A stretch of 64,000 nucleotides of DNA from Eledone cirrhosa (taxonomy: Eukaryota): positions 366,668,001 through 366,732,000 of the forward strand of contig OZ024743.1 in assembly GCA_964016885.1 (NCBI GenBank). The letters are read 5' to 3'. The notes under the pieces were generated by a model. That model had not been told where the DNA came from, did no database searches, and saw nothing but the letters and a program-made list of their open reading frames with translations. This document shows positions 12,960 to 25,912 of this stretch, one piece after another. The translations under genes were made by a program, and so were the position numbers. Each line of letters opens with the position of its first letter. The stretch's first letter is position 1.

Positions 12960-13545
12960 TATTGAGTACCTAAGATATTCATATAACCTAAATGGACATT
13001 ATTCACCACCACTACAATATAAAATCTACAGATGACCAACCAATGAACCAGAATACTGTGCAGTTCATCTATGTCAACGATCTGTGTATCAGCCAAAGAA
13101 CTAAACTTCACTTCAGTCCTATATGAACTACACCCCTACTATGTGTGCCACCACCTACACACGAGATCTGTGAAAACTCACATCTGCTCGTTCCTACTCA
13201 GGATTCATCAAGTCAACTAATCTTTTAACATCAAATAGTCTGAAACACTACTTGCACAGTGTCCACCTTGTCTACTTTGGTGTAACCCTTTAAGAAGCAT
13301 GTCAAAAAGTCTAAAGTGAAAGTCTACTGAAATACAAAGACTAACCAGCACCAGATGGAGAGTCACAGTGCACATATTATTATTCACTGTTCTGTCTTTA
13401 TGCTATCCATCTGCAACGTATGCATGCTCGGTTTGAGAGAGATCAACCCATACCAAGAACTGAACAACACATTCTGCTTGGTTACTGGTGGCTGGAAACT
13501 CACCAACACGAACAACCAGCCGAGTTTAAATAACAAAGACCATGA
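12960..13545 (+). mobile_element. Highly degraded non-RTE LINE RT remnant (I/Ingi/Vingi-like)
   Basis: Fragments FIYVNDLCI (a decayed YADD) and ELNNTFCLVTGGWKLTN; many stops. Confidence 0.55.
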
Positions 13546-14397
13546 ATCATGAACATCATCTCCTTCCCAGGCACAATTACTGAAATCAAGAAGTTCCTTT
13601 ATCTTTTCAGCTTCTAACAACATATTGAGAGGACACCAAACTCCAGCTTTTGATTGAGAAGCTTGAGAATAACCATCCTCTAACAGGCATGGAAATTTTG
13701 CCTTCTGAAGCTTTTCTTTCTGGTTCAGAAGCACTGTGGGATCAGTAGAGGGCAGTTATCCACCTAAGAATAAGAATGGAGTGGTCAAAAGTTGCTTTTA
13801 AAATTATAGAAAGGAACAAATCCATAGCTGAATTGCTAATTCTGGAAGGATTAGAAATTTGATGTAATATTTTCATTGATCCAGGGTATTAATTTGTGTA
13901 AGAATGAGACTGTTCTGCATTGGTTTGTTTGGCCCTGTGATCAAAATAGTTTCAACCACGACCATACTGTCTTGCGTATTTATGAGACAGTAACCATTGT
14001 GTCAACAGTGAATTTGCAGAAGCATTACATCAGATGAAATGCCTTGCTGTGTTTATTCTAGGATGGAAGTATTAGAGCATTGGGCAAGAAGCTTTGGAGT
14101 ACTTGTTCCAGTTCTTTGTGATCTGAGGTCAACTTTACTTTTCATATTCGGTAAAAAAAAGTACCAGTCTAGAGCAATAGAGAGGCACAATTGTTAGAGC
14201 GCCAGATGAATTACTTGTATTTAATCTGGCTCTTTGCGTTCTGAGTTCAAATCCCATTGGAATCAAATTTCTCTTCCACCATCGGTCAACTCAAGTATAT
14301 AGCAGATGATGATTGACAAAGGTGCCATGCTTTAGGACTGAACTTGAAATCAAGTGGTTGTGAAATGACCTCCTTAACCACACAACCATGCCAGAGC

Positions 14398-14434
<37 letters not shown>

Positions 14435-14544
14435 GTCACATGGCTACTAAGGTAAATGTGGTATGATCACAGCTTCAAATATTCATAGCGAGATATTTGT
14501 ATGTTTATGATACACAAATATATTAATAAAATCCGACCTTGCAC

Positions 14545-15030
14545 ACTTACACCTCTCTAAGATAATGTCACTGGATCAAGACCTTTGGCGCTACGCAGTA
14601 ATACAGAAGACCCGCCTTCCCTACATACAAAGTTAACCTACAGTCAGTAGGCCCCTCCTAACCAAATATACAACCCAACCCACTACCCCTACTCCATCCA
14701 CCCACTCCCACCAACACCACCCTTACTCTGTAAAGTTGTTGGTACCACAGAACATCCAGTCCAAACTAAAGAAGTTGTGTAGGTGTCACGAGAAAAAAAA
14801 TACCCAGTGTACGCTGTAATGTGGTCGTGTAGGAGACACAGAAAAAAGGCTCCCAGTCCACAGTGTAAATGTGGTTGGTGTTAGGAAGGGCATCCAGCCA
14901 TAGAAAACCTGCCAGATAGTCCTATACGAGCAAGACATGGTCACCTGATCAATCTTGCCTCAAGTAGGACAATTCCCATCTAACCCATACTAGCGTGAAA
15001 GATAGACATTAAACGATGATGATGATGATA
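14545..15030 (+). mobile_element. RTE LINE 3' fragment
   Basis: Homologous to 34310-34760; ends in aaacgatgatgat. Confidence 0.8.
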
Positions 15031-15440
15031 TTGTATATGCCTTCATATGCATGTCTATTATGAACCACACTACATTAATGCTACTCTAAACCCCTTCCCT
15101 TGCTGAATCTATGGCAGAACTAGAGAAAAAATTCCTGATCTGGGATCAAAAGGTCTTAAAGTCCTAGTAAGTAAAAAGGAAAACAAGGCCTGGATCCCTT
15201 TAGGGAAATGGCCCTACACAGTGTATAGGAAAGGGATGGGTAGAAAATCTATTTTCTGTCCCAAATGCAAACTATGGGCATGCAAGAGATGTAGTGGGAT
15301 CTCAGGTATATATATATATATATATATATTGTCACATGGCTACTAAGGTAAATGTGATATGATCACAGCTTCAAATATTCATAGCGAGATATTTGTATGT
15401 TTATGATACACAAATATATTAATAAAATCCAACCTTGCAC

Positions 15441-15487
<47 letters not shown>

Positions 15488-17159
15488 TGTATGTACACAA
15501 GGGTTTAACTAGGGTTGGAGCTTTTGATCATATGTCTTCTGGAGCATGGCCGGCCTGGATTAAACATCAAGTCAACAAGTTCAGTGGGGAAGACAATGAT
15601 AGAAGGGATAAATTGACAGCTGCTCAACAGTTATTTTGTGTTAGTCCTGATCCAGTAAACCAATGATCAAAGGCGTTCCATATGTGACCACCTGACCATA
15701 TTATATATCATTCCTTTTTTAAGGTAGGGTGGAATTTGAAATAGACCTTTGATTAAAGGCATTCTAGCCATGAACCTCCAGTTTTGTTTATAGGTAGATC
15801 ATATTCTGGACTACATTATCTAATGTGTCTTTCCTTTTACTAAGATAGTAAGGTGTGATTTGAAGATTTGACTGCTATTTTTAGCAGGTTGAGTGACCAC
15901 ATAGAGGCTCCCTCCTTAATTCAATAGCCCAGTGTAGATGAGATAGATATTTAAGTGAAGCATTAATGAATTATTTCATATCTAAAACATAAGATTTTAA
16001 GAGAGCAGTGCAGGTCATGTGGCTGCTACTAATGTGTTTTAATGTCAAGTGCATGCATTACAACTAGGAGTTCAATAGAAAAAATCAGAGATTTAGCATG
16101 CTGAATGTTCTGACTTCTTATCCTACTGAATTAACTCTTTTGATATCAACTCACCCATGTTTTATGATACACAAGTGCCCATTTCAAAATGTTTATATTT
16201 ATATTAAAACCTTGCGTCATAATTTTTTAAAGAAATTTTTATTTCAAAAACCAGCTAACTAATGAAAAGTTTATGTCATTAAATTCTCCAAATTTTCAAT
16301 ATGAACGGATACACATAGGCAGTGTATTTCATACAATAACAAAAGGGTTAACAAAAAAGATTTTATATTAAAAACAAAATATTATAAAGGCATTTGATTG
16401 CTTTATTTCTTTAATAGTTCAATAAATAAATTCATTTGTATTAGGAAGATTTGAATATCAGGTGTCAGGTGAGCAGAAGTGAGGACACCTAGTGAAAGAA
16501 AATAGCAACACTGTCAACATGGCACACAGTTGATGTGATGTTATGAATTGAAACCAGTTTAATCATGATAGTAACCATGATAACGAAAACTTTGTTAACT
16601 TGAAAATGTGTCAACATAAGAATTCCAAATCTAGATAATTATTACGAAGTACCCACAACTTATTTTATGGATCCAGGTATGAGGTTAAATTATTATTGGG
16701 GACCAGGTGACACCAGGGTCTGAAATGACCCTCAACTGCCAACAGAAACAACAGAATTAACAGCAGAGAATGAATAAAATTTCATTAAAAGAAAAAGAAT
16801 GAAAAAAAAAAAAGAATTGAGCTGTGCACCACAACCCAACAGTACTTCATTGTAAAATCTTCCTTTAGTCTGTATCACCTGTGTGTATACATGTATGTGT
16901 GAGAGATAGAGAGAAAGAGATAGAAGGATTTACGTAATTTACCAAACTTTCTGCCTGTTCCAATCTCCAACATTTAAACTATATTCATTCACACTGGAAT
17001 CAGAATACTTTTATTTTATCAAAGCTAGAGGGATAAAAAAACCAAGTTTGGGTCAATATTCAAAAGACACAAACTCTGAAAGACAAAGTCTTATAACTTG
17101 GCACTCTACTTCTGAGCAAAACAATTTCTGAATTAAAAAAAAAAAATCTTTTTTAATTG

Positions 17160-18863
17160 GTAAATTTTCGATAAAACACTCATCTCCAGCTGTTAGAACC
17201 CCCCCCCCCCTTTTCTTTTCTTGTCTGCTTTCAAACTAATCTAACCTCTGAAAGCATTGCAAACGAATTTTATCAGGAAAAACAGGTGATCTTCGGGGGA
17301 AGGCTATTTCATGTGCTTTCAATGAATCAGACTCTGAAACAACACGAAAACTGAGTTGGGTGTATGAATCAAAGTAATGGTGGAAATGAAAAAGATTGAA
17401 AATACCTTATGCAGTTGTAGCACTTTCATCATCTTCCTGATGGCAATCTGAAAGAGGTGGATATAATCTGGCTGCTTCAAGAAAGAATTTGTGCAAGAGA
17501 TTGTCTTCATCTTCAATTGAAGTCCTAAACAAATATCTGGTGAGATACTGAAGATATTTTATGCAAATACCTGACCTTTGAACTGACTTTTATATCCCTT
17601 CAAAACCTTTCAATATTTTGTGTGTTTGCATGCTTTATCTATAACATTTTTAGAGTGGTTAAAAGCAAAATACTAACCTAAACTATTTAAATCTTTGTAG
17701 GCAATCCAGGAATCAGTGTAGATAATGGTGCCAAGTTTAATATATCTTTAAATAAGAGGAAGAAGCATAGCTCATCTAAATTTATAACAAACCAATATTT
17801 AGAAACACGTTCTATTCCACCAAATAACTAAATCAGGCTCAAAACTCGACCTCTCCTACATCTACATCTAACATTAAACCAGGCACCATTATCTACACTG
17901 ATTCCTGGATTGCCTACAAAGATTTAAATAGTTTAGGTTAGTATTTTGCTTTTAACCACTCTAAAAATGTTATAGATAAAGCATGCAAACACATACACAA
18001 AATATTGAAAGGTTTTGGAGGGATATAAAAGTCAGTTCAAAGGTCAGGTATTTGCATAAAATCTGCAACAGTATCTCACCAGATATTTGTTTAGGACTTC
18101 AATTGAAGATGAAGACAATCTCTTGCACAAATTCTTTCTTGAAACAGCCAGATTATATCCACCTCTTTCAGATTGCCACCATCAGATAGCAATCAGGAAG
18201 AAGAAGATGAGGCAAGTCCTACAACTGTATAAGGTATTTTCAATCTTTTCATTTCCACCATTAGTTTGATTCCTACACCCAACTCAGTTTTCGTGTTGTT
18301 TCAAAGTCTGATTCATTGAAAGTACATGAAATAGTCTGGAACCCCCCACCCCACCCGGAAGAAAACTCAGAGAATCCCTCTCCTCCTTTTTCCCCATAGA
18401 AAAAAAGTCGTTTGTGATGCTTTCAGAGGTCGGATTAGTTGAAAGCATACAAATAAAAAAAAAAAAGGGGGGGGGGGGAATGATTTCTAACAGAACTGGA
18501 GATGGGTGATTTATTTTTTTGAAAGGGAGCAGCTATGTGGTAGCTCGACATGCTAGAAATAGCAGCCAAATATTTCTATTTTCATGATTTCAAAGTCTGA
18601 TTCATAGAAAGCACACAAAATAACATGTGAAAAAAAAATCCCCAGAAAGAAAACTACGTGGATGGAAAACTCTGAAAATCTCCCCACTTACTCCTCTTTT
18701 TTTCTCCAGAAAAAAGTCATTTGCAATGCTTTCGGAGGGCAATTTAGTTGAAAGGACATGTAAAAAAAACAAAAAACAAAAAACAAAAAACAAAAACAAA
18801 AAAAAAATAGGGAAAAAATAATTTTTAACAGAACTGAAGATAAATGTTTTATCGAAAATTTAC
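17160..18863. mobile_element. Merlin (IS1595-like DDE) transposon remnant arranged as a large inverted duplication
   Basis: Translations GRVLS..LFGGIERVS, LLPLI, IKPGTIIYTDSWIAYKDL, NHSKN and HTQNIERFWRDIK. 17160-17741 is the reverse complement of 17873 onward. Confidence 0.85.
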
Positions 18864-19339
18864 TAAAAGATCTTGTGAAGCCTTAACATCAGCTTCAAAT
18901 GTTTTATAACATAGTAAGCCTGAATTGTTAATTTTAAAGCTGGAATTAATTCTATAAAATAAATAAATCACTATCCACTATTTACATTAAAATGAAGCAA
19001 TCTTTCACACACTCATACATACACTTTATTAACACATTAAGTCAGAGATCAAATACTTAAAGTGTGTTATGGATATTAACTGCTGCCATGGTGTTTTGAT
19101 AAACTTCTGGGGTGAGTGGGGTGGAGGTTAGTTGCTAGAGTTTTCACTGAGGGCCGGAATTTTAATTGTATGTGTTGTGTTATGGAGTGCTAGGCCGGAT
19201 ATCTTAGTGTAAGAAGAACAGAGCCTTACATCCTGACTTGGTTGACTGATCCTACTATCTCCTATACAGAGCCAATAGAGAACAAGCAGCATACAGAAAT
19301 AATGGAAAAAATTCATTTATGCTGAACATAGAAATGATA

Positions 19340-19730
19340 ATTTCTAACATAAATACAAGGCCACAAACCCTAGAAGGATACAGTCAAACCCAGTACTTAA
19401 CTCTTAGTATTTTATTGACTCTAAAAGGATGTAAGGCAAAGTCAACTTTGATGGGATTTGAAATCAGAATATAAACAAATGTATCTAAATACCAAAAGGC
19501 ATTTAATCCAACATTCTAACATATCTGCCAGCCACCATTCTGAAACCAGTGATAATGGTTTTTAATTTAGGCACAAAGCTAGCAATTTTTGAGAGGAGTG
19601 AAGAAAGTTGACTAAATCAACCCTGGTACTTAACTGGTACTTTATTTTATCAACCCCAGAAGGAAAAAACAAAGTTGTCCCAGACAGGATTTGAATTCAG
19701 AATCTAAGTACCTATACTACAAAGCATTTT
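19340..19730 (-). mobile_element. Two tandem degenerate tRNA-SINE copies
   Basis: Both contain the reverse complement of B box-gactttgcc(t)tt-core (ggcaaagtcaac...ggatttgaa), the same family as 34837-35016. Confidence 0.7.
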
Positions 19731-20759
19731 GAAGTCAGTAATAAAGACAGGAGGCAAAACACAGTGAAGTCCAGTAATACCAAACACAAGTTTATACATA
19801 CACCAACAACAAGAATGTATGTGAATGTGGGGAGGCAACCTTAAAATGTAATTTGACAACTATTTATACATATTCAGTTCACTCCCATCTCTGTTTCATA
19901 TCCTAAGGACAAAAGAAAGAATTTGAAGAGTAAATTAGAATGTAAAGTCAATATTAATCTATAGTGAAATGTATTCAAATCTATTGTTGTTAGGTAAAGT
20001 TCTTTATAGTAAAACAACTTCTTACAACAGATTGGTCTAGTGCCAACATTAGCATAGAGTGTTTAGAAGAAAGGAACTGTACACTAACAAATATGAACAT
20101 AATGGAGCTATCAGGGTAATTTAAAATAAGTAAAGATTATTTCACTTTCTTAATGTTTTTTGTATTTCATTTAAAATATACTAGTCTATGATTTCGATAT
20201 TGGATTACAGAGCCAGATTTAAAGGTTTCCATCAACAAAACTGCATTGTACTTAAAGCTATATTATTCAGTTTGCTTCAGTCTACCTAGCTGAATATAGA
20301 GACCATTCTCACATTGAGTAGTTAGTATTTGAGGAAACAAACTAGGTGTAAAATGGGTGGTCAAAAGAATGCGACCGACTATAGTGTTTTCATGGAAATG
20401 TTCATAGTAAACCCCTTCTTTAAACCCAGTAATTTGTTAATGTGTTCATAAAATGTTAGTGTGTTCATTAAATCCCTAGACATCTTACAAAAACTTCCAC
20501 AGAATACATTTACCTGTATAAAAAGCTAGCCTGTCATACCTATTTTTGAACGAGGCAGATTGGGGGAAACAAAGTACTCTTGTTCAAAAACCTAAAAAGG
20601 GAAGTATAAAAAATGTCTGCTATTTTACTGGTTAGTTAGAGGGAGTTCAATGAGCAACCATGTCAGTGTGCTTAAATTTTGCAAACTACAGTTAATTTGG
20701 TGAAGTACAAAAAACTTAGTGACCTCAGAATAGTTGTGGCCTTATTGAATTGGTTTAGT

Positions 20760-20940
20760 TAATACAGAAACAACACACTTGACTTAGTTAACATAGTAAT
20801 AACACACTCGACTTAGCTATCATAACAGTACACTGAGCATAAGTAACTTAGTAACATCACACTTGGCTTAGCTAACTTACAACCAAGCTTAGTTTAACTA
20901 GATTCATAACAACATGCTTAGTTTAGCTAACATTGTAATC
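20760..20940. repeat. Degenerate minisatellite of about 25-30 bp
   Basis: Recurrent acacacttgacttagttaacatagtaa-like units. Confidence 0.6.
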
Positions 20941-23900
20941 ATATTGTAACTTCATAAATATAAAATGAAAAAATATAGTGAATGCCAATTAAAAGGGAAC
21001 CATAGTTAATTACATTACTAAATTTCTGAAATCTTTTATTGCAATGAGAGTTGAAATATTTTCTTAACTGACAACTTCATCTTTTGTGTTAAACACAAAA
21101 TATTGAATTGGCAGTCTGGAAAATTTTATAGTAACCATAATTAGTATTTAACAAAATATACTTTCTTACAATTATCATTAATCAATTGTTGATTAATAAA
21201 TTTTCAAGATTGATTGAGAGAGATTGATAATTTTAAATTCATTTTTTAATTATCAATATTAACAAATTGGGGAAGGGGTGTGGTAGATAAACAATGGACA
21301 TAATTGCAAACAACTTTAATAAAATAAATTAATATGAGTATAAAAAGGTAAAAATTTAAAACAAGTTACTATCAAACCTAAATATTAAAAACATGGAAAA
21401 GGAAGAAAACTGACTTAAAAATTGTTTATAAAATCCTGTTGAAGATAAAAAAAAATGACTTGAAGTAGAGTTTGCCATGAGGCACATTTGAGAATGGCAA
21501 GGCAAGAATTACCATCATTGGCTTTGTAAATTTTAATGAGGTAGTGATAGCTGAAGAATCTAGTGGCAGAAGGCATGAAAGAAAAATGCTGCGTGTTCAA
21601 ATATGGTTTAAGGATTGCACTGAGGTTTGAAACATTTACAGGCACCATAATGATCAGTGGTACGGAAAAAAAAAAAGAAATAAAGAAAAATTAAATAAAA
21701 ATTATGTTAAAATTAACAAATGTATATTAGAGTATAAAATTCCATATATAATTCGAAATAATTAGAAAACACCAATACTATTTTCCTAATAAACAAAAAT
21801 TTGGTTTTTAATTTAAATTTTTTTTTTAATTAAATATTTCCTTGATTATTATATGATGCTTTTTGACTCATAAGTATATATATAAGACTCATAATTATAT
21901 ATATAAGAATTCTCTAGCTGTCTTCATGTGCTATATAGTTACAAGGAGCCATATAAATACTGTATTTACATATTATATAATAAGTCCTATAATTAGATTG
22001 AACTCTAATTGTCGTGATTATTACACAATCCAATTCAATTACACTATTAAGGACTTTGTACACAACATATTACTATACAGAATGGCAAACAGCAGCTGAA
22101 GATGACCAGAGAACTTATAAAGATAAAGTAATTACCAATCAAAGGGTTGCAGAAATAGTCAGCAAGTATCAGGTATTGTATGAAGTTTCATCATGGAAAT
22201 ACAAAATTTTAATCACAATTGTGCTGTTTATATTGTTAAAAGGTGACTAAATTATCGTTTTTCAATCAACTGATCAGTATTTTAACCATTCAATTTTACA
22301 GAAATGTTATAATAGTCTGTTCTATATTGAAGCCAATGATTAAAAAAAGACACACAATGGCTAGTCTTCTGATTGAAAATATGCATCTAGTGAAAATATT
22401 GAACAAACATATAAAGCTTACACATAAAGCAAATTTTATACGTTCTGCTAAACAGAAGCAGAACTGTGAGTTAAAGAAAACAAAATACATAATATATAAA
22501 TACATTCAAGTAAACATTTGGAAACATTTACTGAGGCATATTCAACAATGTTTAACAAATGAAAATAGTGAAATTTCAGCGGAATACTATAATTGATCTT
22601 ATTGAGTTTAGTTTCAAAATACACTATCAAGATCAAAGAGGGAGCTGAAGATAAAAAAAAATATATAAATGATTTTAATTTACTGTGAGTTAATCTAGAA
22701 TTGAATGGTGTAGAGGTGTTTATATTTTAAACAAAGTGAAACATGCAGATAGAAAGAATATATATGAGATTATTATATCTGTTGATTTCACTTTGTAAAA
22801 ATAATAATGATAAAATAAAATAAATAAACATCAATTATGAAACAGATATTTAGACATTTAATATACTTAAATATAATATATTTGAAGAAGACTTATTCTG
22901 GAACCCAGATCTTCTTCACTAACAGACAGAATTGTGTAATAAATAATACAGAAGCTTTGTGAAAATGTCATTTTACTAAAGTGAATTTATTTTTTCTTTT
23001 GTTCATAACTAAACTGGTGTAAGGAAACATACAGCATAACAGAGAAGTGCAGCTAAGTTATTTTAAACAACTCTTACACATTGAAAAAGTCATGTATATA
23101 AGAGATATTTCCTCTCAACTCACATTAACTTATTACCCACATTTAAAGTTCTTACTCATATATTTAGAATAATATGAATTAAAATTTTCGATTTTTCAAA
23201 CTATAAGATATAATATTTTTCAATTTCCCAAATCAAAACATTTATAAAAGTTGATCAAGCACCGTTTAGTTTCTGAATTCAATTCTAATCATGTTCATAA
23301 CAACAATCACTATAGTTATCATCATTATTAGCATCGTCAACATTATTATTATTATTTCATTGTCATCTAAAATAAATTATCAGTTTTAACATATTTCAAC
23401 AAGTTGAATTTGTGGCAAGTATGATATATTCTAAAGTTGTCATTCCCAAACCATTCAACATCTTACAGTTTATATCAAGTAATGTTTTGCTTGATTCAGT
23501 TGTATATTTGCTTAATAGCTGTTTTCTGTTCAGATAGCTCCAGCACAGTATAGGCAGGAAAAATAGAAAGTTTATGCTGGAATGTTAACAAGAGCACAAC
23601 AGAGAAATGTTACTAGGCTATTGGAATCTGAAAAGAGATAGAATTAAAATTTGCTGCCAAAACAGTTTGGTTTACCAAATGGAAGATAGTTTACAGAAAT
23701 AAGCAGCATCAATATTCACAAAATGCTTCGAGTTTATATCAGGAACTGAAATTAAAGAAAGAATTATTATAAGTTAGATTCTATGGACAAATTTATCAAA
23801 TTTATAGTCAAGTTTATTTTCTTCCTTTTTCATACAGTTTTCACATTGATATCATCCATTCTCAGCAGCCTCAATATGCTAAAGAATATGCTTATATTTG

Positions 23901-24347
23901 ACAAAAGACTTTGATAGAATCTGGAAAATAATGTACACCTAATGACATATAGCAATGAACAAATTGTAGTAATTCCAATAACAATTAATGAACTTGAAAC
24001 AGCAATAAGTTCAATGTGTGCATTGGGCACACATACCAAGAACTTGAACAGTGTAGTGTACTCAATACATTTATTTATATATATATATGATGATGATGTC
24101 CACACTGTAACGAGCTAGGTGTTGGGAAGAGCATCCAGCTGTAGAAACGAGGCCAAAATACAGATCAGTATAAGATATGGTCTCCTGACCTGAACTGTTT
24201 CATAACGTGACAACTATCTAACCCAGGCAAGCGTGGAAAATGGATGTTGATGAAATATATACATAAATCTATATATATATGTTTTGTGTTATGTATTTCC
24301 ATAGAAAAGGTAAAGGAAAGAAGAGTGCTCTATGTACAATACAGAGC

Positions 24348-24546
24348 TATTTAATTACATAATAAACAACACAATATAATTATTCCATTACCAAAGGTTT
24401 CAAGAAACTAGACGGTCCTTACAGAAACGTCCAGATAACTATTTCATTTGATGAACGGGCTGGACGTTTCTGTAAAGACTGCTTAGTTTCGTGAAAGCTT
24501 TGGTAATGGAATAATTATATTGTGTTGTTTATTATGTAATTAAATA
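24348..24546. repeat. Fold-back with about 86-bp arms and a hammerhead-like motif; same family as 6040-6170
   Basis: tatttaattacat...gaaacgtccag, a 25-nt loop, then ctggacgtttc...atgtaattaaata. Upstream aagagtgctc..gta..cagagcta is shared with about 6043. Confidence 0.85.
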
Positions 24547-24624
24547 TCATCACCATCATCATCACCGTTTTACATCCATTCTTCCACGCTAACATGGGTT
24601 ACACGGGAAAATATATATATATAT

Positions 24625-25543
24625 ATCATCATCATCATCATCACCGTTTTACGTCCGTTCTTCCACGCTAGCATGGGTTAGACGGGTTGTCCTGTTGTGT
24701 GCAGTGTCTGGTCGGCTGACCATGCCTTGCTCATACAGGAACTGATCTGGCTTGATTTCTACAGCTGGATGCCCTTCCTAACACCAACCTCATTCACAGT
24801 GAGTGCTGGGTGCTTTTTCGTGGCGCCTACACATCCACTTTACAGTGTGGGCTGGGTGCTTTTTTGCCGTGGCACCTCCACGACCACCTTGCGGTGGGGG
24901 GTGTGGGGGCATATTGTTTATATGCTTCAGGATGTACCCATGGTAGGTCGGGTACTCTGTATTACTGCGTGACGCCAGAAGTCACGGTCGTGTGTCATTG
25001 TCTTTGAGAGGTGTAATTGGGTAAGGTCGGCTTTTATCACCTCATCCCAGGTCATCTTGGGTCTCCCCACTCCGCGGTTTCCATCAACTTCTAGTGCTCT
25101 GCACCTTTTTATGCAGCTGTCATCCTTCATACGCATCACATGTCCATACCAGCGCAACCGCCTCTCCTGCACACAGCATTTGATTCCTCTTATGCTCAGT
25201 CTCTCTCTCAATTCATTTATGCTTTGTCGTTCACGTATATTACTGTTACACATCCATCGGAGCATGCAGGCTTCGTTTCTCTCTAATCTACGTAAGTCTT
25301 CCACCTTCAGCGCCCAGGTCTCACTACCATGCAACATCGCTGTTCGGATACACGCATCATACAGTCTGCCTTTCATTCTGAGGGAGAAGCCTTTTGCAGC
25401 TAGCAGTGGTAGTAGTTCCCTAAACTTCTTCCATCCCGTTCTTACCCTAGTTATTGTACTTTCTGAACACCCACCTCCGTTGCTAATTCGGTCACCTAGG
25501 TAGCAGAAGCTGTCTACTGTTTCTACAGGGCCCTCCCAGAGAT
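24625..25543 (-). mobile_element. RTE LINE 3' fragment nearly identical to 1799-2714
   Basis: Almost base-for-base match; an extra short tail copy sits at 24547-24608. Confidence 0.95.
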
Positions 25544-25821
25544 ATATATATATATAATATAATAGAAAAATTAGTCAGTCATACATTACATCTCAATGAA
25601 TAATATCGCTTAGAACATAATTCAGAGAAGCTTATAAATACAAATATACATCTATCCAATTAAATTGATCCCAGTGCATTACTTGTACTTTATTTTATCG
25701 ACCTGGTAAGGATTTGAAACCATTCATCTTGGTCATCCAGTATAAGTTTCCAATGAAAATAAAACAGCAACTTACAACTGAAACTAATCCATTTGTCAGT
25801 TCACAGCACCAAAGTTATCAA

Positions 25822-25912
25822 TCATTTCTCCATTGTGTTTTCTTTTCGTTCTTTTTGAGAATTATCCACTGCCAAAGACCCAGGTCGACTATCAGAAGAG
25901 CCGCTGACTTCA
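25822..25912 (-). CDS. RB1: RB1 last coding exon
   Basis: cttattttcag| acceptor, phase 2. (N)EVSGSSDSRPGSLAVDNSQKERKENTMEK*, TGA at 25824-25822. A gtaagt donor lies 46 nt downstream. Confidence 0.75.

Noticed and set aside
23830-24105. 91-aa hydrophobic ORF as an RB1 last exon
   Set aside because: RB1 already terminates at 25822 and the ORF has no recognisable homology. It could only be coding if the 25912 exon were skipped, which is phase-compatible but unsupported.
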